Origin: Octopus vulgaris
Taxonomy: Eukaryota
Length of the DNA: 64,000 nt
Direction of reading: 5' to 3'
Assembly (NCBI GenBank): GCA_951406725.2
Contig: OX597816.1
Location: forward strand, 42,160,001-42,224,000
Every line of letters begins with the position of its first letter. Within the stretch, counting starts at the first letter, position 1. Position numbers and translations under genes: made by a program. Below are positions 28,313 through 39,351 of this stretch, piece after piece. The notes under the pieces are model-generated. The model was given only the letters and a program-made list of their open reading frames with translations, was not told where the DNA came from and searched no databases.

Positions 28313-31300
28313 TCAGAATTTGGGCACTATGGCCCACTCAAGTAGAGAGTTATTGTTTACAGAGACATATCCGGGTGTAGGGGGTTTATCCGGGATTTCT
28401 TGAAGGAATCTGTCCAAAGACTTCTTGAACCCTATAGGGTCAGTTTCTGTTTTAATGTGTTTTGGTGTAATGTTAAAGAGAGCGGGGCCAATTGAGGTGA
28501 AATAATTGTGCCGTATTGTTGTTATGAGATGAGAGTGCGATTTTTGTTTTGGGCGGATGGCACGGGGCCCAAGCCTTGGATGTACCTTAAAGGTGATGCC
28601 AACATCATTTGGGCAATGCTGATGGAATATTTTCCACATCATGCAGATGATGTAGCGCTCACGACGACGTTGGAGAGAATAGAGTTTTAGCTTTTCTAGT
28701 CGACCCCAATAGTCGAGGCCTGTCATGCCATCTATCTTTTTTGTGATTGCCCTTTGAGGTGCTTCGACTTTTATGATACCTTGTATTGTGTGGGGAGACC
28801 ACAGTGGACAACAGTATTCAAGGTGGGGTCGGGCAAAAGTGGAGAAGAGAAGGATAATGGTGTGGATATCTCTCGACTGGAAAGTTCTGAGAATCCAGGA
28901 ACACATTCTGCGGGCCATGTCAACTTTGGTGTTTATATGAGTGGCCCAGCTTACGTTGTTGTCCACAATTACTCCCAAGTCTCTGATGTTGTTGGACGCC
29001 GCGAGAGTTTCACCTGAAGGAAGGGAGTATGGGAGTTTCAGGGCATCCTCTTTTCCAAAGTGGATTAGCTCAAATTTATCCTCGTTCAGCAGCATATTGT
29101 TTTTTTCTGCCCATTGGATAACAGCCAGTAGATCTGACTGAAGGCATGTCCGGTCACTCGCCTCATTTATGACCTTCTGTAGCTTGAAGTCATCTGCAAA
29201 GATTTTTATGTTGCTGTGCTTGATGATGTCATTAATGTCATTAATGTAAATGATGAAAAGAAGTGGGCCCAGCACAGTGCCTTGCGGAACGCCACTACTG
29301 ACTTTGGCTGGGCTTGATTTTACCCCTTCAACTACAACATGTTGAGATCTGTCTGTCAGGAAACACTTAATCCATTTCAGTATCTTTCCAGAGACACCAA
29401 TGTTGGATAGTTTTTTCAATAGGATCTTGTGATCGACCCTGTCGAAGGCCTTACTGAAATCAAGGTAGATGACATCGGTGTTGGAGCCCTCTCCCAAAGC
29501 TCTCAAAATGTCCTCAAAGTGATGCAGGAGCTGCGTTAGGCAGTCCCTTCCATTACGGAACCCATGTTGGTTGGAGATCAGCTGTCTGTTGCTTTCCAGA
29601 AATTGGGTTATTTGAGATCTCACCACCCTCTCAAATACCTTGATGATATGAGAGGTGAGTGAGATCGGACGGTAATTCACTGCAAGGGATTTGTTTCCCT
29701 TTTTGAAAACTGGGACAACAGACTGGGACAGAAGGTTTTTTGGAATATAGCCAGCATCCAGTGAGTTTCTCCACAGATTAGCAAGGGGAGATGCAAGTTG
29801 GTGTCGACACACCTTCAGGACACAAGCAGGGAACCTATCGGGGCCTACTGCTGAATTGTGTTTTATTTCGTTTATCGCCGCTAAGACATCAGGGGCACTA
29901 AACGTTATGTCCGATATAGTGTGTTGGGGGTTGACATCACTGATACAGCCCAGATCGGCCATATCAGGATTGCTGAAAACAGAGCAGTATTGTTTCTGCA
30001 GTATCTCGGCCATGGATTTGGCATTATCTTGGAGAGTGCCAGTTTCGTCAATTAGAGGGCCTACAGTGGAGACAGTGACCCTGCGTTTCCTCGCAAATGA
30101 AAAGAACACTTTGGGGTTGAGTTTGATTTTTTCAATGGCCCACTTCTCCTCAGCTGATCTTTGGTTATTGATGAGGGACTTCATGCATTGTTGGAGGTTA
30201 TATTTTTTGGATTCAAGCAGTGCGATAGCCGTCGAATGTGTGTGTTGCTGTTGGCAGTACTTTAGTTTGTTAATTTTTTTGTTTGTTCTTTTTATTTTTC
30301 TGATAATGGTTTTTCTGTTTTGGGGGATTCTGCACTTTTTGTTCACAGGTCTTGGTGGGGAGTGTTTTGCACATATGTCTGTGACGGTGTCTACAAAGAT
30401 CTGCCAAGATGTTTTATGGTTGGTGGAGATGTGTGTATGTGTAAAGGACCAGTCAACATTTGATAGCTCGTTCCTGATTGCATCCCAGTTGGCTTTATGG
30501 AGATCCATGTTGTCAAATGGGTGGGCTGGAGGAAGGTCACTAGGATTAGCTTTCGGCTGGTGGAATTTCATGTTACAGAGAACCATGTCATGGTCTGAAA
30601 GAAGGGTTTTTTCCACTGTAACGTTATGTATAGTGTTAGTGTGGTTACTAAACACTAGGTCCAAAATGTTCTGATGTCTTGTTGGTGCAAGGACAAGTTG
30701 GGACAAGAAAAACTCATTCGTAAAGTCGAAAAGTGACTCTGCTGCTTCTTTGTCAGCGGTTGAGGCGGGAGTGCTTGGTTTCAAACAGTTTGTAGTCCAG
30801 TCAACACAGGGTAGATTGAAGTCTCCCATCATGAGTATGTTGCTAGAATGGCACTGTTGAATAAAGCACTTAATGCTGTTGAGGCATTCTTTAAAGCACA
30901 GTATGGGTGTTTGGGGCGGCCTATAGAGCCCAATTACTGTCAGATCATTGGCTTTGTTGTGCACGGTGACTGATTCACAGTAGCCGTTGGAGAATATACT
31001 ATTTCCATCTGCCGTAAATGAATCATGCAGGAAAATGGCAGTTCCACCCTTCCTCCTGCCGATACGATCCGCGCGGATGGTTGTGAAATTCTTCACTCTC
31101 ACTTCGGCTTCCAAGTGGGAGTTGTCAAGGTGGGTCTCAGTGAGAATGAAGAAAGGGATGTGGTGTGAATGGTTACCAACCCAGTCTTCAATGAATTGGA
31201 CCTTCCATTTTTGTGCATTGATGGAAGGGCTGACACCTTGTGCATTGAGTAGGAATGTGGAGGTTAGTGTAGTGGCTGGTTTTGACTGTTGCAGGGGGCT

Positions 31301-31444
31301 TGGATTTTTTGTGTGTGTTAGTGGCAGCAATGTGGGGAATTGGTGCACTGGGGTAATAGCATAGGATGGTGTTGAGTGATGGCTAGAATGTTTTTGTGTA
31401 TCTCTTTTGCCATGTTCACCATGGCTAAAAAAGAATTTTCCTGC
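28313..31444 (-). CDS. LINE ORF2: AP endonuclease + reverse transcriptase (uninterrupted; no AUG before the endonuclease)
   Basis: LNAQG, LTETHL, GGTAIF, LYRPP, MGDFN, LDLVF, SDH; GPD, NYRPISLTS, QHGFR, YLDFSKAFDRVDH, GVPQGTVLGP, FADD, PHLEYCCPLWSP. The frame opens after TAA at 31447-45, and the listed start at 31348 is GTG. Confidence 0.95.
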   Translation of the reverse strand, partial: AGKFFFSHGEHGKRDTQKHSSHHSTPSYAITPVHQFPTLLPLTHTKNPSPLQQSKPATTLTSTFLLNAQGVSPSINAQKWKVQFIEDWVGNHSHHIPFFILTETHLDNSHLEAEVRVKNFTTIRADRIGRRKGGTAIFLHDSFTADGNSIFSNGYCESVTVHNKANDLTVIGLYRPPQTPILCFKECLNSIKCFIQQCHSSNILMMGDFNLPCVDWTTNCLKPSTPASTADKEAAESLFDFTNEFFLSQLVLAPTRHQNILDLVFSNHTNTIHNVTVEKTLLSDHDMVLCNMKFHQPKANPSDLPPAHPFDNMDLHKANWDAIRNELSNVDWSFTHTHISTNHKTSWQIFVDTVTDICAKHSPPRPVNKKCRIPQNRKTIIRKIKRTNKKINKLKYCQQQHTHSTAIALLESKKYNLQQCMKSLINNQRSAEEKWAIEKIKLNPKVFFSFARKRRVTVSTVGPLIDETGTLQDNAKSMAEILQKQYCSVFSNPDMADLGCISDVNPQHTISDITFSAPDVLAAINEIKHNSAVGPDRFPACVLKVCRHQLASPLANLWRNSLDAGYIPKNLLSQSVVPVFKKGNKSLAVNYRPISLTSHIIKVFERVVRSQITQFLESNRQLISNQHGFRNGRDCLTQLLHHFEDILRALGEGSNTDVIYLDFSKAFDRVDHKILLKKLSNIGVSGKILKWIKCFLTDRSQHVVVEGVKSSPAKVSSGVPQGTVLGPLLFIIYINDINDIIKHSNIKIFADDFKLQKVINEASDRTCLQSDLLAVIQWAEKNNMLLNEDKFELIHFGKEDALKLPYSLPSGETLAASNNIRDLGVIVDNNVSWATHINTKVDMARRMCSWILRTFQSRDIHTIILLFSTFARPHLEYCCPLWSPHTIQGIIKVEAPQRAITKKIDGMTGLDYWGRLEKLKLYSLQRRRERYIICMMWKIFHQHCPNDVGITFKVHPRLGPRAIRPKQKSHSHLITTIRHNYFTSIGPALFNITPKHIKTETDPIGFKKSLDRFLQEIPDKPPTPGYVSVNNNSLLEWAIVPKF

Positions 31445-31923
31445 TTAGGGAGCAGTTTTTGGCTGGAGGTGTGGTTGCACTGTTGGATAGGGTTGTAGTT
31501 TCCACTTTTGTTGTTGTTGTTTTTGTGTCTTCCTGAAAAGACTGGACCAGCATTACTGCAGCATGGTGTGTTTCTATTTTTATTGTTATTCAGGTTTGTG
31601 TGTTGGCTTGAGGCCCCGTTTCTGTTTGTGCGTCGGGTCCCTGGAAGATGAGTGAAGGGACAGTCACTCAGTAGACATGTTCTCTCACGTTGGGAATACC
31701 GGCAGATTTTGGGACTCCGAGTTGTGTGTGTTTTGAATTTCGATTTACTATTTGGTGGTGTTGATGTTATTGTGGGATGCGTGCTTTGGCCTTGGCCGGT
31801 AGTGCGTCTAGTGCCGGGTAGATGCGTGAAGATGCAGTCACTATTTGTGCAGAGTCTCTGGCGCAGTGAATAGCGGCATATTTGGGGATTTCTTGTTTGT
31901 GCCGTGGGGGCGCATTCTGCTTC
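31318..31923 (-). CDS. LINE ORF1 C-terminal half with two CCCH zinc fingers (absent from the ORF track)
   Basis: Open frame -1 to ORF 32570: CRYSLRQRLCTNSDCIFTH-LPGTRR (31878-31822) and CRYSQRERTCLLSDCPFTH-LPGTRR (31704-31648), both C-x8-C-x4-C-x3-H. Ends ..QENSFLAMVNMAKEIHKNILAITQHHPMLLPQCTNSPHCCH*. Confidence 0.8.
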   Translation of the reverse strand, partial: EAECAPTAQTRNPQICRYSLRQRLCTNSDCIFTHLPGTRRTTGQGQSTHPTITSTPPNSKSKFKTHTTRSPKICRYSQRERTCLLSDCPFTHLPGTRRTNRNGASSQHTNLNNNKNRNTPCCSNAGPVFSGRHKNNNNKSGNYNPIQQCNHTSSQKLLPKQENSFLAMVNMAKEIHKNILAITQHHPMLLPQCTNSPHCCH

Positions 31924-32570
31924 CTATGTTTCTTTAAGTTTTTGTTACTGCAGTAGTATTGAGGTGGTGATGTGGGGGAAGAGGGCAGTGGTTTCTTATT
32001 TGGTTTTCTGTTGGTATTTTTGGTGATAGAAGACGATGGTGGCAGCGGTGGTGATGATGATGATGATAATTGTGGTGGTTGCTGTGAGAGCGGTGAAAAG
32101 ATACTGGCATTTAGTGAATCGTCTAGTAAGCTAGAGTTGAGGAGTGGCTGTTGTTGTTCTTGTTGCTGTGGCTGTTGTTGTTCTTGTTGCTGTGGCTGTT
32201 GTTGTTGTTGTTGTGCCTGACCGATGTCAGGGTCAGCCATTGTGCTAGGAACCAGGAGTGGCTCATTCTGTTGTTGTTGTTGTTGTGGCTGCTGATTTTC
32301 TAGCTGTTGTTGTTCTTGAACTGTGAAAATATGTAGAAGCTTTTCATAATGGCCTCTTATCAGTTTGAAAGATACTTCGATATGTTTCAACTTGCTACGA
32401 ATCTGTTTGACGGATCGTGTGTTGACCACTTGTGATGTTTTTTCGGCAATCTCATTCAAACACAAGACATTTAGATTTTCTGTTTGGGAAAGAGAGAGCC
32501 ATGTGTTTATTAAAACATCAATTTCGTTATCAGACCAATTTCGTCTGTTGCAGGCCTGCAAGTTAGTCAT
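31767..32570 (-). CDS. LINE ORF1 N-terminal half: Myb/SANT-like domain, polyQ and S/P-rich linker (frameshifted near 31920-31885 relative to the zinc fingers)
   Basis: NWSDNEIDVLINTW..EIAEK..RSVKQIRSKLKHIEVSFK follows the Myb/SANT-like (trihelix) pattern, judged by eye. Confidence 0.7.
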   Translation of the reverse strand: MTNLQACNRRNWSDNEIDVLINTWLSLSQTENLNVLCLNEIAEKTSQVVNTRSVKQIRSKLKHIEVSFKLIRGHYEKLLHIFTVQEQQQLENQQPQQQQQQNEPLLVPSTMADPDIGQAQQQQQQPQQQEQQQPQQQEQQQPLLNSSLLDDSLNASIFSPLSQQPPQLSSSSSPPLPPSSSITKNTNRKPNKKPLPSSPTSPPQYYCSNKNLKKHRKQNAPPRHKQEIPKYAAIHCARDSAQIVTASSRIYPALDALPAKAKARIPQ

Positions 32571-33895
32571 GTTTGTTTTTCTTTTGTTTGTTTTCCTTTT
32601 GATTTTTGAAAATATATATATTCTTTCTTGGGAGTTAAAGAAGTGTATATATATATAAATGTTCTCTCTTAAGGGTGTGAGTTTTTGATTATTTGGTTGT
32701 TTGAGGATATTAAAAGAAAAACAGGTGTATATAACAATTTGTAGTTAAATGAAAACGTACTTACGGGTTTGTAGGCAAACACGTGGTTACAAATATATAT
32801 ATATTTAAGGTCAGTTAGTTTTGAAGCTGTGTAGCTTGCTACTGACTCGGGAGAGAAACAAATAGACGTCCGTCCAGTTCAACAGTTAATCCACAATATA
32901 TATATATATATATATATACATACGTATATATATGTGTGTGTGTATGCATGTATATATGCATAGAGTTACTATATATATGAGACTATATGTATGTATGTCT
33001 GCGAAAAACGTATATCGTAGGAGAAATCGGATTTGATTTTCGGTCAACGTATCCCAAGGAGAAATGAAATATGCCTATTTGACTCTTTACTTTTACACTC
33101 TTCCTATATATACATATATCACTTTCTCTCCCTCTCGTTCCCTCACTCTCTGTATATGTACTTATCTCACCCCCGTTATCACCCCCTCTCTCTGTCACTC
33201 TTGATGTGATATGTTATGCAAGTGAGTCAAGCGCCTGTCTATGTAAATCTCCCTGTCTGTCTATTAGTCTCTGCTTTTTAGGCATTTTTCATTGAAAATG
33301 TTCGCCCTCTCTGTATAGATTTACTATACTGTCACCCACTGACTATACTGTCACTCTTTCTCTACATATATATATATCTCACACGCTAAATGTGAGTATA
33401 TTTCTATAAGTGTGTATGTATACATGTGTGCAAGGAATATGATTGGGGTGACACCCTCAGAAAGTATCTGCAGCGAGCGCAAAAGACACCCAGGCGATTA
33501 AGGTATAGACTGGATGATATGCGAACACGAGCTTGTGAAGCACAGACTCAGGAGACACTCAAGTATAGGATGAATCAATTTGATGAAAAGCGCTCCAAAG
33601 CAGCCGTTGCAGAGACTCAAGTACTGGAGTGCATGCACTAAAAAGGTCAAGGTGACCCCTCAAGCGTAGGCATTGTTCAAAGATTGACAGAAGGTAAAAA
33701 CTACGTGCGTGAGAGGGACAGATAGAAAGTGTGTGTGTGTGTGCGCGCGTAGTGCATGCCCGAACACACACTCACACAAACACGATTCCATTTCAATCAC
33801 GAAACAGTGTGTGTGCGTGTGTTTGAGGGTTTTATATAAGTGTGTGTGTGCGGGTGTGTGTGTGTGTTTGGTGTATCTGTGTGTGTGTGAGTCTA

Positions 33896-33959
<64 letters not shown>

Positions 33960-33984
33960 CTTTATTTAAAAGCAGCAGAAATTC

Positions 33985-34040
33985 AACAAAACTTGTTACT
34001 CGGAGTTTCACGTTCCCGTTCGTCAGTTTTTTTTTGTTAA
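33985..34040 (-). ncRNA. Hammerhead motif (core and helix II intact, helix I 5' strand eroded)
   Basis: CUGACGA-ACG-ggaa-CGU-GAAA-CUC-c-GAG-UA-acaaguuuuguu. Confidence 0.7.
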
Positions 34041-34269
34041 AATAGAACCGATATGACAATTTCATCAAGACTAGTATAAACGTTACACCTTTAAAAATGG
34101 ACTTGTTTGATTGGTCCTATCAAATAAAGGTCATATGACAGCGATAATCAAAAATGAGTTCAATCGCCCGCATATGACCTTTATTTGAAAGGACCCATCA
34201 AATAGGTCCATTTTTAAAGGTGTAACGTTTATACTAGTCTTGATAGAATTGTCATATCGGTTCTATTTT

Positions 34270-34322
34270 AACAAAACTGTCCGACGAACGGGAAGGTGAA
34301 ACTCCGAGTAACAAGTTTTGTT
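34270..34322 (+). ncRNA. Hammerhead motif (helix I intact, CCGACGA core variant)
   Basis: aacaaaacugu-CCGACGA-acg-ggaa-ggu-GAAA-CUC-c-GAG-UA-acaaguuuuguu. Confidence 0.65.
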
Positions 34323-35591
34323 GAATTTTTGCAGCTTTTAAATAAAGCATATTACTCTACCCCTGGTATTTGAGTACGCTTTTTTCTACCTTGTTTCAGA
34401 TTTATGTGTTTACTCCGGTATATATATATATATATAAATATACGTGAATTGAATTTAGCCATAGGCGTGGTAAGTGCCAGCGATGAGAATTAAGGTGTCT
34501 AGCATTAAAATTCGAAATCACCGGTTATGTGGCACTGTCTGCTACGGGGCTTGTCTCCTTTTCATGTATTGAGTGCTTCCGTGGATATTGTGTTGTTTTG
34601 ACTCATATTTTATAGCAATAATTGTACTAAACATAATTCTCTGTCACTTTATTGACGTCTATGAATTTGCTTTCATATTGTGAAATCGCTAATGAGATCC
34701 CCATATTATTTGTGTGTATGTATATATATGTGTGTATATACGTTTGTGTGTGTGCGTGTGTGTGTATAGACAACTTACACACACACCGTTTCGTGTCTTA
34801 TATAAATATATGTGTGTGTGTGTGCATATATATATATATGTATACACGCACACACACACACACACACACACACGCACTCACACATGCGCACGCAAATATA
34901 TAATCGCTATTAGAGACAATAACTTTCTGTATATCTTACTTAACGTGGACATATTGTTGGAAAGGTCAAACAACTGCGGTGTCCGCCTCCACTTAGCAGC
35001 TCTTACAAACGTATTGCCGTAGGAATTACTTCCGTATATTAATAGCACAAGGAAACCGTCCCGAAATGGGTTTACTAGACAATGTTCACATTATCTCTAC
35101 GCTAGATTTGACATGATAACGTTTCTATATTGGCTAGATTGAAATTTCGAGTCATTTTGAATACCATTTTAAACATAATCTTTGACAATGATGTGTGTTT
35201 TGCGGGTTCGGCTTAAATTTACTAAGATACTTAGGAATGATTTACAATTAATAATATTCTTAATGCTGGAATATATATTACTGTAAGCTCCAGTAAAATT
35301 CATATTATTATCGTTTGTCATTTATCTTTTAGATATTTCAGTAATTAGACTGCGGTACAGTAATTGGACAAACTGAGGCACAGCCATTAAGAATTTTTAG
35401 CGGAATGAATCGACACGATTATCGTTTTCTATTATCGTTTTCTTTTACCCGGTACGCATTCTATCCGACCTACTAATCGAAACGCTAATTTACAAGGACA
35501 TAAACACCCCAACAACGGCTGTCAAGCGGTGGTCCTGGACAAACAGTGACATGAAAACACAGAACCCCCACCCCCACACACAAACAAACGT

Positions 35592-35667
<76 letters not shown>

Positions 35668-35720
35668 TTCGCATACGTTCTGGAGTTATTTTAGATTTTG
35701 CGAATATATGTGTATATATA

Positions 35721-35761
<41 letters not shown>

Positions 35762-35771
<10 letters not shown>

Positions 35772-36279
35772 AGGGCTTAGTAAAATAAATTACTTTGCCA
35801 CATACTGAACTCATTAGAAATAGCAGCTAAAGAAATTTCTTCAGCTATTTCTAATACTTAAAGAAGATCTCTCTCAGATAGTGTTTGCCTAGACCAACTC
35901 ACAAAGGTATGGGGGAAAAAACATTAAAAAATCAAGTGCAAAGGAATTCTGAGCTGACGAAAGAAATGTCGAATTGACTAATCTAGAAACGTACGTTCTC
36001 AAATAACCTTTGCACTTGATTTTTTAATGTTTTTTCCCCATACCTTTGTGAGTTGGTCTAGGCAAACACTATCTGAGAGAGATCTTCTTTAAGTATTAGA
36101 AATAGCTGAAGAAATTTCTTTAGCTGCTATTTCTAATGAGTTCAGTATGTGGCAAAGTAATTTATTTTACTAAGCCCTTATATATAATGTAATATTTTGA
36201 ATTCGCCTAAAATGGTCCCTTTACATACTGAATACTTGGTGAAATTGATTAATAATTAATTAATTTTACCCTCAATTGT

Positions 36280-36282
<3 letters not shown>
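35762..36282. mobile_element. Fold-back non-coding element (~180 bp near-perfect arms + ~95 bp tail) with one HHR in the spacer
   Basis: 35762-35944 is inverted at 36007-36188. (TA)n on both sides. Confidence 0.85.
35950..36001 (+). ncRNA. Type I hammerhead ribozyme
   Basis: UGAG-CUGACGA-a-AGA-aau-GUC-gaauu-GAC-uaa-UCU-a-GAAAC-GUAC-GUU-CUCA, with palindromic helix III ACGUACGU. Confidence 0.8.
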
Positions 36283-36336
<54 letters not shown>

Positions 36337-36488
36337 TATATATACACATATATTCGCATACGTTCTGGAGTTTTGAGATTTTGAGAACATATTCTTCATG
36401 GTAAGGCGATTTGGCGTTTTCTTCTAGCATATTAGGAATCCACCTTGGTGGCTATACCTCTTATTTATGTGTTATATATATATACATG

Positions 36489-36570
<82 letters not shown>

Positions 36571-36574
36571 GGAT

Positions 36575-36659
<85 letters not shown>

Positions 36660-36685
36660 TACATACTTATATATATATTATCTTC

Positions 36686-37325
36686 GCGCATGCGCATTTT
36701 TTGTGAGTAATTTTGTCGATTACACAGTAATGATAGAGTCAGCTGGCCAATTCTCTGGGAAAACGGTACCATGACGCAATTTCCTCTACCAGAAACTTGG
36801 AAACGATATACTGTACTGCTTGGAATTCACGCATGAAGCTACAATACAAGTATTTCAGTATCTGGGTGTAAATCTGAGGACAGTGCATGTAACGAGATTG
36901 ATAAAATCAAATATCCAACCAGCACCATGTTGTTTGGGTACTAATGATGGCGATTTTAGGCCTCAATTCATTTTCCTACATGACCAAAACATCAAGACAG
37001 CGGCCTATATCAAATGCTTTGTAGAGGTAGTGCTGCACTTGGTGAGAAGGGTGCCTACTGAAAGACACTAATTCTGGCAACAAAACTCTGCACAATGCCA
37101 CATAAGCGGGAGAAAACTGTCATGGTTGCCAGACAGCTTCCGCGATCACATTCATCCTTAACATCTGGCCACCTAACTCTCTAGTCAGCAAACCCTCGAT
37201 TATTATGTGAGGGGCGCAGTTAAGAGTGGGAGAGACCAATAAAAATCCTTGTAACACCAAAGAAGAAATGAAGCCACGTTTATGGCAGCATTCACCGAAT
37301 TAAACAAGGAGACTGCGCAGAAGAG
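36686..37325 (+). mobile_element. Second degenerate copy of the Tc1/mariner family at 18454-19262
   Basis: Shared blocks ttttgtcgattacac, tgataaaatcaaa.atcca, ctctgcacaatgc.aca, aacatctggccacc.aactc, aaacaaggagactgc. Confidence 0.8.
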
Positions 37326-37976
37326 TGGGGGTGTATGTGTGCATAAAGGCATGTCCATATATATATATATACAAATTGTCATACACGCGTAATTGTATAG
37401 ATTAGGAGATATAAATATATATATAGTTATATGCATGATGAATTTGTTTCTTGTATACTAGAACTCATCAGACCATCTGCACAGTTTTATGACCATCTAA
37501 GCGGCTGAGATCACAACATTCTTCTGGACGATTCGCCCCTAAGGTGCACATTTTAGTTTTCGGTGGAAAAGAGTCCATCCGATAACATAGCGTTCTGTAC
37601 ATGTGACTGCGTATATGTATGCATGTAGGTATGTCTGTCTGTATGTATATGTATATATAAAAAATACAAAATGGGACAAGAACGCAAAACATCCGGACAA
37701 AAGTGGGACAACAAAACATCCAGATACACGATAGAATAGACGATATGTGTGTGTGTGTTTGTATTTGTGTTTGTCCCCCATTCATCGCTTGACATCAGAT
37801 TTTTCGGGTGTTTATGTCTCCATAGCTAAGCGGTTCTGCGAAGAAACAGATATAAGTGGTAATAAGCTTTAAAAAAGATGTCCTGTGATCAATTTCTTCG
37901 ATGAAAAGAACCCCCTTAAGGAGGTGTTCCAGCATGGCATGGGGAGTGTAATAGAAGATTATATATATATATATAT

Positions 37977-38264
37977 GGAGGCGCAACGGCCGAGTAGTTA
38001 GAGCAGCGGACTCGCGGTCGTAGGCTCGTGGTTTCGATTCCCAGGCCGAGCGTTGTGAGTGTTTATTGAGCGAAAACACCTAAAGATCCACGTGGCTCCG
38101 GCAAGGGGTGGTGGCGGTCCCTGCTGTACTCTTTCGCCACAACTTTCTCTAACTCTTTCTTCTGTTGGCCTGCTCGCTTAGCCAGCTAAAACAATGCAAA
38201 GGGCATTGTGACCAGTGATGTGTAGCAACATCTGATAGCCTGGTCGGTCATGGTGATCATGGTG

Positions 38265-38265
<1 letters not shown>
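37977..38265 (+). mobile_element. tRNA-derived SINE (tRNA-Arg-like head; resembles octopus OR-type SINEs)
   Basis: ggaggcgcaacggccgagtagttagagcagcggactcgcggtcgtaggctcgtggtttcgattccc has A/B-box-like motifs and a TCG anticodon-like loop, followed by a body and a (catggtgat)2 tail into (TA)n. A similar tail occurs at 540-560. Confidence 0.8.
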
Positions 38266-38304
<39 letters not shown>

Positions 38305-38309
38305 ATATA

Positions 38310-38348
<39 letters not shown>

Positions 38349-39062
38349 ATCTATATATGTGTATATATATATGTATATATATGTATCTATATATGTGTAT
38401 ATATGTATGTATATGTATATATATAAAATGGATAACCTCGTACTCGAGTTTCAGAATTTCCAGGAGACTAAGCTATCCATTAAAGGTTGTTCATTTATCC
38501 GGCCTTATTCCTCGAGATAAGACGAAAATATTTTGTGTTCGCAGCCCGCACACATATTTGCCTCTATACATTCAGTGAAGCTTTACGTAGCGTCGCAGGG
38601 TATCGACTGCTATTTTTAGCAAAGAATGGTGCCTTGTTGTGCCACTAATTCCTATTGATGTTTCCACCTTTACCTTGCTTCATTTACATGGAAAATTCTT
38701 GTATTGTTTTGCAATAATTTTCATGATTTTTATATAAAACTCTGTCACTGATCTAAGTTCTTTTTACGGCGTGTCAGCCGAATATAATGGCATTGATGTA
38801 GCAGATATTTTAAATTCCGTCCCCGGTGAACATAACTGGATACGACTAACCAGATTTACGATAAGAAACGTATTCTCAAAGTCCGAAACTCGACTACCAG
38901 TTTATCCATTCTAGGTTGTCCATTTATCCAGCATTCTTCCTAGAGGCAAGACGAAATTTATAAAGTTCGCTGCCCGCACACATCGGTTCGTAAGCTTATC
39001 GACTGCTATTTTCAGCAAACATTGTTGCCATGTTGTGCTACTATTTCCTAAACACACACACA

Positions 39063-39126
<64 letters not shown>

Positions 39127-39295
39127 TATCTATAGTATATATATATATATATAAGTATGTATGTATGTATGTATACACACATATATATATTTACTTGCGC
39201 GCGCACGTGTTTACTTGTCTCAATGCACGCCTGCAAACATTAATATTCATAAAATTCATTTGATATGTTCAAAGAAAATGGATTTTGCACTTTAT

Positions 39296-39351
<56 letters not shown>

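Larger units (their letters stand above)
28221..32896 (-). mobile_element. Apparently full-length CR1/L2-group LINE
   Basis: 5' UTR, ORF1, ORF2 (APE+RT), a short 3' UTR with hairpin ggcc-aataat-ggcc and a (TATCAAAG)x3 tail at 28246-28221. TA-rich flanks. Confidence 0.9.
33955..34419. mobile_element. Fold-back non-coding element (~180 bp inverted arms + ~70 bp tail), HHR in each arm
   Basis: 33960-34137 is inverted at 34171-34346. (TA)n on both sides. Confidence 0.85.

Noticed and set aside
29856-31364. Plus-strand ORFs of 272 aa and 125 aa
   Set aside because: Antisense shadows of LINE ORF2 with no recognisable motifs.
37977-38050. tRNA-Arg gene
   Set aside because: The acceptor stem does not close and the sequence continues into a SINE body and tail.
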